Shown one piece after another: positions 9,414 to 17,974 of a stretch of DNA of 64,000 nt. Origin of the DNA: Candidatus Omnitrophota bacterium (GTDB lineage: Bacteria > Omnitrophota > Gorgyraeia > Gygaellales > Profunditerraquicolaceae); assembly GCA_042577285.1 (NCBI GenBank), contig JBHPDM010000001.1:16665-80664 (forward strand). Direction: 5' to 3'. Made by a program: the position numbers and the translations under genes. The number at the start of each line of letters is the position of its first letter. The stretch's first letter is position 1. The notes beneath the pieces were generated by a model. That model was given only the letters and a program-made list of their open reading frames with translations, was not told the origin of the DNA and did not search any database.

Positions 9414-9872
9414 ATGAGAAGAGGTTTTACGTTGTTAGAGTTGATCATAGTGATTATTATAATCGGTGTATTGGCAATTTTAGGTATTACGCAGTATGGA
9501 ACCCTGGTGGAGCGTGCACGTGGCGCTGAAGCAAGAGGAATCCTGGGTGACTTACGTAAGATGACAGCAGGCGTAGTATTAGAGCGAGGCGCTACAGTGG
9601 GTGTTGCAGCGATTATAGCAGATCCGACCTTAATCGGAATCGGGGGAGGTGTCGGAACAGGGGAAGTCCCTGCTGCATGTGCGTTGTCACATTACTTTAA
9701 TTATGGTGTTGCAGCCGGGGCCGTTGCTACAGAGCTTACCGTACGGGCTACGAGGTGCGGTGCTGGAGGTAAGAATCCGGATGCTGGTCCTGCCCATGCT
9801 GGTACTACATTGGATCTTTCTACTGATTGGGCGACAGGCGTAGACGCTTGGGGAGGGACTGGTATTTACTAA
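9414..9872 (+). CDS. pilA: type IV pilin (prepilin-type N-terminal cleavage/methylation domain), candidate major pilin
   Basis: ATG at 9414 after AAAGGAGG. MRRGFTLLELIIVIIIIGVLAI is a class III signal peptide (G|FTLLE). The C-terminus is rich in Gly/Ala/Thr. Confidence 0.85.
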   Translation: MRRGFTLLELIIVIIIIGVLAILGITQYGTLVERARGAEARGILGDLRKMTAGVVLERGATVGVAAIIADPTLIGIGGGVGTGEVPAACALSHYFNYGVAAGAVATELTVRATRCGAGGKNPDAGPAHAGTTLDLSTDWATGVDAWGGTGIY

Positions 9873-9884
9873 TTATAATCATTT

Positions 9885-10286
9885 ATGCATAAAAGCTTTA
9901 CACTTATAGAACTTGTGATAGTGGTTATAATTATTGGAGTATTGGCTACTCTCGGGCTTACGCAGTTCGGCGGGGCCCGGGAGAATGCCTTAGATAAGGA
10001 AGCAATTGCAACTCTGCGCCTATTGCAAGCAGCGCAAAGGGTCTTTGGTATGGAGAGCGGGGGACAGTATTATGATTCCGGTGGATATAATATACAAGCA
10101 ATCAATCAAAACTTACGACTTTCTATACCTGCAGGAGTTAACCGAAGCTGGGATTACGCAGTACAAAGTGTCCCAGCCCCAGTTGCGGACGGTTGCGCTG
10201 AAGCAGTAAGGCTCCTTCCTCCTCCGAATAATAGAACATGGAGAATAAGGATAACTGAGGACGATCCTCAACCAGGTACCTGTTAA
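9885..10286 (+). CDS. type IV pilin-like protein (prepilin N-terminal domain)
   Basis: MHKSFTLIELVIVVIIIGVLA. Contains N-R-S and N-R-T sequons and Cys residues for a C-terminal disulfide. Confidence 0.85.
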   Translation: MHKSFTLIELVIVVIIIGVLATLGLTQFGGARENALDKEAIATLRLLQAAQRVFGMESGGQYYDSGGYNIQAINQNLRLSIPAGVNRSWDYAVQSVPAPVADGCAEAVRLLPPPNNRTWRIRITEDDPQPGTC

Positions 10287-10350
10287 TTTTTAGCTGAAGG
10301 AATTTGAGGCACTCTAGTATCGATGGCAGGGTGCCTCTTATTATAGCCAG

Positions 10351-10722
10351 ATGAATAAGAGAGCGGTAACTCTACTTGAAATCATAATATCGATGCTGAT
10401 CCTGGCTCTTCTTATGGCCGGCCTGGCTAATATATTCATTAGCGGAAAGAGATATTTGTTGCATACGCGCGCCAGGATGACGGGAGGGGAGCTTGGTAAA
10501 TCTTTCCTTGACCCCCTGCAGATGGATGTGCGGGCCGATCTTTGGGATCAGACTTGTCTGGGCAGTAATGGAATGATCAATTGTCCCGACAACACCACGA
10601 TAAACGGCATCGATTATACACGCGACTACAATATTACAGATGTCAATAACACTAATCCGGAGTTTTCCTTAAAAAAGGTCCTAGTGCGTATAAACTGGAC
10701 TGAGGTCGGACCCGGACCATGA
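10351..10722 (+). CDS. minor pilin (prepilin N-terminal domain), sequon-rich
   Basis: MNKRAVTLLEIIISMLILA. Four N-X-S/T sequons lie within ~40 aa (DNTTI, YNITD, NNTN, INWTE). Confidence 0.8.
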   Translation: MNKRAVTLLEIIISMLILALLMAGLANIFISGKRYLLHTRARMTGGELGKSFLDPLQMDVRADLWDQTCLGSNGMINCPDNTTINGIDYTRDYNITDVNNTNPEFSLKKVLVRINWTEVGPGP

Positions 10723-11366
10723 AGAAGCCTTCCAAAAAACGCGGAGTTACTCTCTTTGAGCTATTGGTCGCGATTACGTTGATTTCTTTGGTTATTTTGG
10801 CTTTTAGCAGTATCGATACCTTTAGCCGTTTTCACGTACTCACATCCGAGAGACGGGCAAAGGTGCAGAATGACGCATCTTATATTCTTGAGCATATGGC
10901 ACAATCGATCGGTAGGGCGATCGGAAACGAAAGGATCAACGGAGCAGAATCCGTGGTGTTTATCAGGTTCGAATCAAATATAAATCAGGATAGGCTGACA
11001 GTTTTTTTAGATACTGATGGGGACGGCATTAGAGACGAAAATCTCGATTTTTGGACGGATTACCGGGTCAATTATAACCCTCCCAGTGAAAACGAGTTCA
11101 GACATTGTCCACAATGTAGCAGTCAAAATTGCAATTATCTTCTATGTACTCCCGGGGAAGGCGAGACACTCAGCAATAGAATTACCGGGTTTACCCCGTT
11201 TGTGAGACGCGACCTCAACGACAACACTTTGGTAGACAATTTCATCGATCTTAGTGTTACTGTCTGCTGGGATCCCTCCGAAGCCCAAGCTGCCTGCGGT
11301 ACCCCTGATAACCCGAGCGTAAACATGAACGGCCGCGTCCAGATGCCCTCTGTTTCTACCAACTAA
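10719..11366 (+). CDS. minor pilin (prepilin N-terminal domain, PilW-like)
   Basis: MKKPSKKRGVTLFELLVAITLISLVILAF. Overlaps the preceding gene by 4 nt. Confidence 0.8.
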   Translation: MKKPSKKRGVTLFELLVAITLISLVILAFSSIDTFSRFHVLTSERRAKVQNDASYILEHMAQSIGRAIGNERINGAESVVFIRFESNINQDRLTVFLDTDGDGIRDENLDFWTDYRVNYNPPSENEFRHCPQCSSQNCNYLLCTPGEGETLSNRITGFTPFVRRDLNDNTLVDNFIDLSVTVCWDPSEAQAACGTPDNPSVNMNGRVQMPSVSTN

Positions 11367-11367
11367 T

Positions 11368-13881
11368 ATGATGATAAAGAAGTACGCCGCGCCCCTGATT
11401 GCTTTAGCTCTGGTATTATCCCTGAATATATATTTTCGTGCCTTTCCAGTACATTTTCCCCAACTAAGAGTACAGGCCAGAGATAACGTAGAACGCGATA
11501 TTCTGCGTAGCGCAGTTATCCAAGTAGAAAAGAACTTTCCTGATTATGATCAAAGGGCAAAGGAAAGGCTAATAGACGGCGCAATCAATGACTATAAAAC
11601 CCGCAATAAAACTGCGGTAAAGAGGGAGATTGAGCGCGAACACAACCGGTTAAAGGATCGGTATCAGGATGCCGCAGGCCGGACCTATCTCATGGAGCTG
11701 GATTGCTGGAAGTGGGCCCGCTACGTAGATAATACAGTCAAGCTCGGGCATCCGGGAGATAAGGTGGTAAATGGAAGGCAATGGGATGCTTTAATGTTTG
11801 CTCCAAATGGAAGGTTCTTGGAGTGGAATCATTTTTTGTACTATTTGCCAGCATTTCTATACAAAGGCTTCAGTATTTTTTGGAAGCTTCCTCTTTTTAA
11901 CTTTTTGTTTTACCTTCCAATAATATTCGCAGCGGTTTTCATCAGTCTTCTATTTTTATTTTGCTATAGAAATTGGGGCCAAATTACGGCAATCATTGCA
12001 TGTTTATTTGTGGGACTCGCTCCGGTATTTTTAAATCGGAGTACAGCAGGCTGGTTTGACACCGATATCCCAAATCTACTTTTTCCGCTTCTGATTGTTT
12101 GGACGTATCTGGCGGCGGAAAGCAGATCCGGTTATCTGCGCAGGGGGCTCTGGTTCTGTTTCTCTGCTTTCTGGATGGGGATTTTTAGTTTTACCTGGAT
12201 ATACTGGTGGTTTATTTTTGCCATAATTATTATTTATGAGCTATTCTCTTTGGCTAATCAGGGATTACTTTATATTCAGAATAGAGAGAAGGAGCTTAGC
12301 TTTTTTAAGCAGCATCTTTTCAGCTTAAGCGTATTCATTGCTTTTACTGGTCTTTGGGTAATGCTCTTTTCCGGGAGAGAACCATTTCAGCACCTATTTT
12401 CGCAGTTTTTCGGTGCCCTGACGCTTAATAAGCCATTATTGTCCGGTATCTGGCCTAATGTCTTCTCTACCGTAGGAGAGCTCAAAAGGGCTGACAGTCT
12501 GCGCATTGCCAATGCCGTAGGCGGCGTATATCCATTTTCGCTGGCGCTTATCTGTTTTGCGCTTTGGTTTTACCGTATTGCGCGCAGCAAAGAGAACTCC
12601 GGGTTTAAACATGAAGCAACTTTACTCCTGACATTCTGGTTCCTGAGTATGTTCTTTGCCTGCCAGAAGGGTGTAAGATTTGCGGTATTTCTTCTGATTC
12701 CTTTAGGGGTTTTTCTTGGCTGGACTGCCGATGACCTGTACGTTCGGGTTAAGGCCGCGGGCAAAAAAGTACTCAGGTATTTAGTCATCGCAGTTATAGC
12801 GGCCCTTTGCGTGCTACTGGTAATTAATGGCTACGAGGCAGCACGTCAATCATTCCCGCTAATGGAGGATTCCTGGTATCGAGGTTTGACGGTAATTAAG
12901 AGAGATACGCCAAAGGATGCGGTGATCAATTCCTGGTGGGATTTCGGGGATTGGTTTAAGGTGGTAGCAGGCCGAAGGGTGATTTTTGATGGGCATCAAC
13001 AGAATACTCCGCGCGCTTACTGGATGGCGAAGGTTTTGCTCAGCCGCAACGAAGAGGAAGCGATAGCGATTCTTAGGATGTTAAATAATGGCGGTAACCA
13101 GGCTTACGAGCTGTTGAATCGGCAGCTTGAGGACCCTTTTAAGGCAGTACTTTTACTGGAGGATCTGCTATTATCTAAGCCTGATTTTGCCAGAGAGAAA
13201 TTGCTTAATCTCGTACCGGCTGAGGTTGCGCAGCAGGTTTTAAGTGTCCTCTTTGTCGAACCGGGCAATGCTTATTTTGTTGTGGATCCTACGATGCAAA
13301 GGAAGATACCGGCGATCTCCTATCTGGGGGAGTGGGATTTCCATAAGGTTTTTATCGCCCAGGGGCGTGATAGGCTAACAGAGAAGCAAATCGTCGATCG
13401 CCTGGCAGAGTTCGGTATGGATCAGCAGGAGAGTAGGAAGTTATACTCCGAGTCGTCATTGCTCTCCTCTGGGGCAAGGCTGGAAGATTGGGTTTCTAAC
13501 AGGTTAAGATTTTATTCCAGGCTCACGCTCGGGGATGAACGCGGGGGCCTGGTATATTTTGATAATGGGCTAGTTTACAACTTGAAGGAGCAAACGGTTT
13601 ATATTTATTCGGAGAGACAGCGCAGATACCTGTCGCCTAAGAGACTGTTTATTTTTGACGAAGGAATATTAAAGGAAAAAGCTTTTTCCGATGGCGAACT
13701 GGATTATTCAGTGATGGTGCTTAAGCGGCCAGCCGGGTATGCGGCGGTGCTACTTGATGAAGAACTAGCGAAGAGTCTTTATGTACGGCTATTTTTCTTT
13801 AACGGAGAAGGCCTGAAGCATTTTAAGCTCTTTACGCAGGAGCCCGGCGCTTTTAAGGTATTCAAGATAGATTGGAATTAA
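11368..13881 (+). CDS. STT3/AglB/PglB-family oligosaccharyltransferase (GT-C fold), polytopic membrane protein
   Basis: 837 aa. WWDFG at nt 12934..12948 matches the WWDYG catalytic motif of STT3/AglB/PglB. TVGE at nt 12469..12480 is a TIxE-like EL5 motif. The N-terminal half has ~13 hydrophobic TM segments, and the soluble C-terminal domain is ~330 aa. The start lies 2 nt after the last minor pilin stop. Confidence 0.7.
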   Translation: MMIKKYAAPLIALALVLSLNIYFRAFPVHFPQLRVQARDNVERDILRSAVIQVEKNFPDYDQRAKERLIDGAINDYKTRNKTAVKREIEREHNRLKDRYQDAAGRTYLMELDCWKWARYVDNTVKLGHPGDKVVNGRQWDALMFAPNGRFLEWNHFLYYLPAFLYKGFSIFWKLPLFNFLFYLPIIFAAVFISLLFLFCYRNWGQITAIIACLFVGLAPVFLNRSTAGWFDTDIPNLLFPLLIVWTYLAAESRSGYLRRGLWFCFSAFWMGIFSFTWIYWWFIFAIIIIYELFSLANQGLLYIQNREKELSFFKQHLFSLSVFIAFTGLWVMLFSGREPFQHLFSQFFGALTLNKPLLSGIWPNVFSTVGELKRADSLRIANAVGGVYPFSLALICFALWFYRIARSKENSGFKHEATLLLTFWFLSMFFACQKGVRFAVFLLIPLGVFLGWTADDLYVRVKAAGKKVLRYLVIAVIAALCVLLVINGYEAARQSFPLMEDSWYRGLTVIKRDTPKDAVINSWWDFGDWFKVVAGRRVIFDGHQQNTPRAYWMAKVLLSRNEEEAIAILRMLNNGGNQAYELLNRQLEDPFKAVLLLEDLLLSKPDFAREKLLNLVPAEVAQQVLSVLFVEPGNAYFVVDPTMQRKIPAISYLGEWDFHKVFIAQGRDRLTEKQIVDRLAEFGMDQQESRKLYSESSLLSSGARLEDWVSNRLRFYSRLTLGDERGGLVYFDNGLVYNLKEQTVYIYSERQRRYLSPKRLFIFDEGILKEKAFSDGELDYSVMVLKRPAGYAAVLLDEELAKSLYVRLFFFNGEGLKHFKLFTQEPGAFKVFKIDWN

Positions 13882-13962
13882 AGGATAGGGCTGTCCCTCG
13901 CGCCTGGAAGGGATAGGTTGGCGCTCGGGATGCGCCCCGGAGGAAAGTAATAGATACGGGAC

Positions 13963-16224
13963 TTGAAGCAGTGGAGAGGGAGCTCAGTTCTTGAAATCGC
14001 CTTTTCCGCAAAAAGATTAAAAAGCAAAACTAAGGAGGCAGGTCTGATCAAAAGAATAAAGGCCTTACTTCTCCTCTTACTTATCTTTTTACTCTCTTTG
14101 AGCTCTTTATCTTTTGCCTCAGAGGAGACCCACCTGCCCTCTAAGGTCAGGCTCTTTGCCGGGGGAGGGAGCAGCTCAAGGGGCATCTTCTACCTTGACT
14201 ATCTCCTGCCCTTATACTACTCAGAGGACCAGACTACCCTATTATTCTTTAACCCTAAAGTGAATATCTTCTACCCTTCCTCAGATGAGCAGAACTTAGG
14301 AGTTGGCTTTAGAAAAAGCTTCTTAGATAAGTTTATCCTCGGCTTGCACTTCTTCTGGGATAGGAAATCCTCCCCGGCCAATGCCGAACACCGCCAGCTT
14401 GGCTACGGCGCAGAGTTCCTCTCCCAGCACCTAGACCTGCGTTTTAACTACTACAACCCATTAACCAGCGCCCAGTGCGTAGATACCAACTATGAGCTCG
14501 GGGGAACCAGCCTGGTGCAGTTCAACCAGCTGGAGGAATCCCTAGAAGGCTTTGACTTTGAAATCGGTGGCCCGCTCCTTGAGAAATACACCCGGACCAG
14601 ATTTTACGCCGGGGGCTTCTTCTACCAGTCAAAACTGGCTAAAGATGTCAATGGAGCGCGCCTGCGCACTGAGACCAACTTCCTTGACTGGCTTAGCCTG
14701 GATACCACCATAGACCTGCGAAGCTGCGGGGAGGTGGAGTTTACCGCAGGTATCCGCGTGACTATACCCTTGGAATTAGGCAGGATCCTGTATGAAGAAG
14801 ACCCCCATGAAGAAAACCCCTTTAAAACTATCCCCAGAGACTCTCCCACCAAAGAACGCCTCTTTGAGCGTGTGGTGCGTGATATAGATGTCCAGACTAG
14901 CGCTAATCCTATTCCGGTGAAAAGCGATGTCTCGGGTATTGAGATGATCTACGTAGATAACACTGCTGCCGCAGGAGGGGACGGCTCACTCACCACTCCA
15001 TATAATACCTTAGCCGCAGCATTAGCCTCAGCTAGATACATCGGTAACGGCGGCACTGCCAACTATGTCTATGTATTCCGAGGCAACGGCACCTACACCG
15101 GCTATCAGGGTAACTTTACCCTTGATGACAATGTCACCCTCTGGGGCTCTGGATATGACGGCGGCTGCAAAGGTATTCCCGTCCTTGGTTATCCCATCAT
15201 TGACGGCAATAACTCGGGTAATGTCATTACTCTGGCTGACAACAATACCATTATGGGCTGTCAGATTCAAGGTTCAGGGGACGATACTTGGCTTGCCGGT
15301 ATTTATGGAATAAATGTCAGCGCCGCTAATATTAATCACAACAATATCATTGATAATGGCGACACTGGCATCTTTCTAAAGTTTACCGATGCCTTAAGGC
15401 ACTCTGATTTCATTTTCACCGGCAATACTGTCAGTGGGAACGGTGCGGGTGGCATATTTATGTTTAATCAAGCCGCCGGCACTATTTCCGACTTCACTTT
15501 TACCGGAAATACTGTCACTGAAAACACCGGGGTAGGCATATACATGTATAATGATGGCGGCGGCACCATTTCCGACTTTACCTTCACCGGAAATACTCTC
15601 AGCGGTAACACTCTGGTGGGTGCCATATATTTCTTTAATTACAACGCTAGCACTATCTCCGATTTTACTTTCACCGGCAATACCATCATCGCAAACCCTC
15701 TCGTTTCTGGCATAGCATTGGATAATTTTAATGATGGCAACTCTGTTTCCGATTTTACCTTTACCGACAATACCATCAGTGGAAATACTTATGGCATATT
15801 GTTCGACAATTTTAGTTTCGCTGGGGATGCTTCCGCTGTTTCTGATTTTACCTTTACCGGCAACACCATCACCGGGAACGCTAATAACGGCGTATATTTG
15901 GTTAATCTTGAACTTGCCAGCGGAACTTTTTCCGACTTTACCTTTACCGGCAACACCATCACCGGGAACACCCAAAACGGCATCCTGCTTGATAAAGGCC
16001 TTGGCGCTATATCCGGCATTAACTTAGGTAACGGCTCCGCAGGAGGCAATAACTCCCTCTATGATAATGGCGACGGCAGTACCTACTTTGATATAAATAA
16101 TGATTCAGGAATAGATCTTCTTTCCGCCCAGTATAACTGGTGGGGGCAGGCTGAGCCTGACTCTGACCAATTTGGCGGCGATAATACAGTAGATTACACT
16201 CAGCCGCTTGCCTCAGCACCGTAA
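13963..16224 (+). CDS. inverse autotransporter (intimin/invasin-type beta-barrel) adhesin with parallel beta-helix repeat passenger
   Basis: Long signal peptide (…LLLLLLIFLLSLSSLSFA). The IAT beta-domain is recognisable (LGVGFRKSFLDKFILGLHFFWDRKS…HRQLGYGAEFL…LRFNYYNP). The passenger has seven ~28-31-aa SDFTFTGNT(I/V)xGN repeats at nt 15403..16015. The start codon is uncertain: TTG at 13963, or a non-canonical start after the AAGGAGG at ~14033. Confidence 0.7.
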   Translation: MKQWRGSSVLEIAFSAKRLKSKTKEAGLIKRIKALLLLLLIFLLSLSSLSFASEETHLPSKVRLFAGGGSSSRGIFYLDYLLPLYYSEDQTTLLFFNPKVNIFYPSSDEQNLGVGFRKSFLDKFILGLHFFWDRKSSPANAEHRQLGYGAEFLSQHLDLRFNYYNPLTSAQCVDTNYELGGTSLVQFNQLEESLEGFDFEIGGPLLEKYTRTRFYAGGFFYQSKLAKDVNGARLRTETNFLDWLSLDTTIDLRSCGEVEFTAGIRVTIPLELGRILYEEDPHEENPFKTIPRDSPTKERLFERVVRDIDVQTSANPIPVKSDVSGIEMIYVDNTAAAGGDGSLTTPYNTLAAALASARYIGNGGTANYVYVFRGNGTYTGYQGNFTLDDNVTLWGSGYDGGCKGIPVLGYPIIDGNNSGNVITLADNNTIMGCQIQGSGDDTWLAGIYGINVSAANINHNNIIDNGDTGIFLKFTDALRHSDFIFTGNTVSGNGAGGIFMFNQAAGTISDFTFTGNTVTENTGVGIYMYNDGGGTISDFTFTGNTLSGNTLVGAIYFFNYNASTISDFTFTGNTIIANPLVSGIALDNFNDGNSVSDFTFTDNTISGNTYGILFDNFSFAGDASAVSDFTFTGNTITGNANNGVYLVNLELASGTFSDFTFTGNTITGNTQNGILLDKGLGAISGINLGNGSAGGNNSLYDNGDGSTYFDINNDSGIDLLSAQYNWWGQAEPDSDQFGGDNTVDYTQPLASAP
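15403..16015 (+). repeat. in-frame tandem repeats (~84-93 bp, 7 copies) encoding SDFTFTGNT beta-helix rungs
   Basis: Near-identical 27-nt cores tttaccggcaacaccatcaccgggaac occur at 15864 and 15954. The motif recurs at 15403, 15487, 15571, 15658, 15745, 15841 and 15931. Confidence 0.8.
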
Positions 16225-16292
16225 TAATATACCCACTCAAAAATCCCCTTAGATCTCTCCACTTCCTGCGACTGTTATAAGTGAGAAAGGGG

Positions 16293-16321
16293 TTTACAGT
16301 AAAAGGGCCCAAGCGTATAAT
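16293..16321 (+). promoter_or_regulatory. sigma70-like promoter TTTACA-17-TATAAT for the tRNA-Ala transcript
   Basis: TTTACA at 16293..16298, a 17-bp spacer, TATAAT at 16316..16321. Confidence 0.55.
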
Positions 16322-16352
16322 AAGCGATGCTACAAATAGGTTATAGCACTAT

Positions 16353-16503
16353 GGGGCTGTCCATTAATGTAATAGCGTAGGACGCCCCAGCAAGTAATAG
16401 GAGGGGCTGCCCTTTAAATTAATAGCGAAGGGCGCCCAAGCAAGTAAAATTCAGGGGCTGCCCCTTAAATTAATAGCGAAGGGCGCCCCATCAAACGATA
16501 GCA
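16353..16503 (+). repeat. three degenerate ~50-nt direct repeats, each beginning with the tRNA-Ala 5' acceptor sequence GGGGCTG and forming a GC hairpin
   Basis: Copies at 16353..16400, 16401..16453 and 16454..16503. Each is GGGGCTGCCCC-(T)TTAAATTAATAGCGAAG-GGCGCCCC. The 17-nt core TTAAATTAATAGCGAAG also recurs in the tRNA-Met leader. Confidence 0.75.
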
Positions 16504-16579
<76 letters not shown>

Positions 16580-16625
16580 TAACTCTGATTAACCAGCCTC
16601 CACCTATCGATATTTAACCGAGAAG

Positions 16626-17180
16626 ATGGTAAATAAAGACCAAAAGAAGAAACTGCTTAGGATCGCCCGTGATTCGATTAAGACTTATCTAGAGTCCGGA
16701 AAGAAACTGGAGGTCAGTGAATCTGATCCGGAGTTGATGGGGGAGATGGGAGCGTTTGTTACATTGCGCAAGAATGGCCAGCTGCGGGGTTGCATCGGTA
16801 ATTTGATTGGTAAGCAGCCCCTTTATTTGACGATCAGGGATATGGCAGTGGAGGCTGCGACAAGAGATCCCCGCTTCCCACAAGTTGAGCTTTCGGAGCT
16901 TAAGCATATCAAGATCGAAATATCCGCGCTCTCCCCCATGGAGAGGGTAGATTCTACAGAGGGGATCGAGATGGGTAAGCACGGCGTATTGATCAGGCAG
17001 GGCCTTAAAAGCGGGGTGTACCTTCCCCAGGTGGCTACTGAAACCGGATGGACAAAAGAGGAGTTTTTGAGTTGCCTCTGCGCCCAGAAGGCAGGGATTC
17101 CTGAGGATGCCTGGAGGAATAATGCAGCAGAGATTTATATTTTTACTGCCGAGGTTTTCTCGGAGAGCGGAGAGCTTTAG
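16626..17180 (+). CDS. AMMECR1 domain protein (AmmeMemoRadiSam system protein A-like)
   Basis: Carries the conserved LRGCIG motif (GAFVTLRKNGQLRGCIGN). Confidence 0.75.
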   Translation: MVNKDQKKKLLRIARDSIKTYLESGKKLEVSESDPELMGEMGAFVTLRKNGQLRGCIGNLIGKQPLYLTIRDMAVEAATRDPRFPQVELSELKHIKIEISALSPMERVDSTEGIEMGKHGVLIRQGLKSGVYLPQVATETGWTKEEFLSCLCAQKAGIPEDAWRNNAAEIYIFTAEVFSESGEL

Positions 17181-17912
17181 ATGCACAGACTATTTACCGT
17201 AACTGAAAATATTTCAAAAGAAAAAGTGGTTGTAACTGATAAGAATCAGATCCACCACTTCAGGGATGTGCTGCGGGTAAAGCAAGGCCAGGAGCTGGTT
17301 GTCTTTGATGACCGCGGTAATGAGTACAAAGCTAAAGTGCAAAGCATCTCTTTAAAAAGCCTGGTGCTTAAGATCAATAAGATGGATAGGTTTGTGCGCG
17401 AAGATAAGCAAAATCTAACTATCGCCTGCGCGATACCAAAGAAATCAAAGATGGATGATATCATCGATAAGCTTACGCAGCTGGGGGTAGATAGGGTCAT
17501 ACCTTTGCTGACCCGTCGAGTTATTGTAAAACTTGATGCCAGGGGAAAGAAGACTAAACTAGAGCGCTGGAGGAAGGTTGCCCTGAGCGCAAGTCAGCAG
17601 AGCCAGAGGAAGCTATTGCCAGTAATCGAGCCGATAAAATCTCTGCAGGAGGTTCTTTCTCAATCAAGCGGGTTCGGCTTGAAGTTAATCCCGGCTCTTC
17701 TTGGGGAGCGAAAAGCGATTAAGGATATAATCAAGAACAGTCAGGCCAAGAATATTTTGGTTTTAATCGGGCCTGAGGGGGATTTTACTCCTGAAGAGGT
17801 TCAGGCTGCTGTAACTGCCGGGTGTGTACCGGTAACTTTAGGGGAGACTGTGCTGCGGGTTGAGACTGCAGCTTTAGCTGTCGCTAGCTACATAAGGCTC
17901 CACCACCCCTAA
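17181..17912 (+). CDS. rsmE: 16S rRNA (uracil1498-N3)-methyltransferase RsmE
   Basis: 243 aa with a PUA-like N-terminus and a SPOUT C-terminus (LIGPEGDFTPEE). Confidence 0.75.
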   Translation: MHRLFTVTENISKEKVVVTDKNQIHHFRDVLRVKQGQELVVFDDRGNEYKAKVQSISLKSLVLKINKMDRFVREDKQNLTIACAIPKKSKMDDIIDKLTQLGVDRVIPLLTRRVIVKLDARGKKTKLERWRKVALSASQQSQRKLLPVIEPIKSLQEVLSQSSGFGLKLIPALLGERKAIKDIIKNSQAKNILVLIGPEGDFTPEEVQAAVTAGCVPVTLGETVLRVETAALAVASYIRLHHP

Positions 17913-17974
17913 ACCGAAAAGAGGTTCTCACGCCTACTCCAAAGGCGGATCCGCCTACGGCGGAAATCAAAAGA

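Noticed and set aside
9649-9843. 64-aa + strand ORF in an alternative frame inside the first pilin gene
   Set aside because: It is wholly contained in the pilin CDS, which has an unambiguous class III signal peptide. This is a GC-rich frame artefact.
11368-13881. Interpreting the 837-aa membrane protein as a bacterial PglB with the D/E-X-N-X-S/T sequon requirement
   Set aside because: Neighbouring candidate substrates show plain N-X-S/T but no enrichment of acidic residues at -2. I therefore describe it only as STT3/AglB/PglB-family and do not assume PglB-type specificity.
15394-16049. Minus-strand 193-aa and 86-aa ORFs and a + strand 98-aa alternate-frame ORF inside the adhesin gene
   Set aside because: They are produced by the in-frame tandem repeats of the adhesin. 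The repetitive GNT/GTG codon structure keeps several frames open. The + strand frame starting at 13963 has coherent domain structure.
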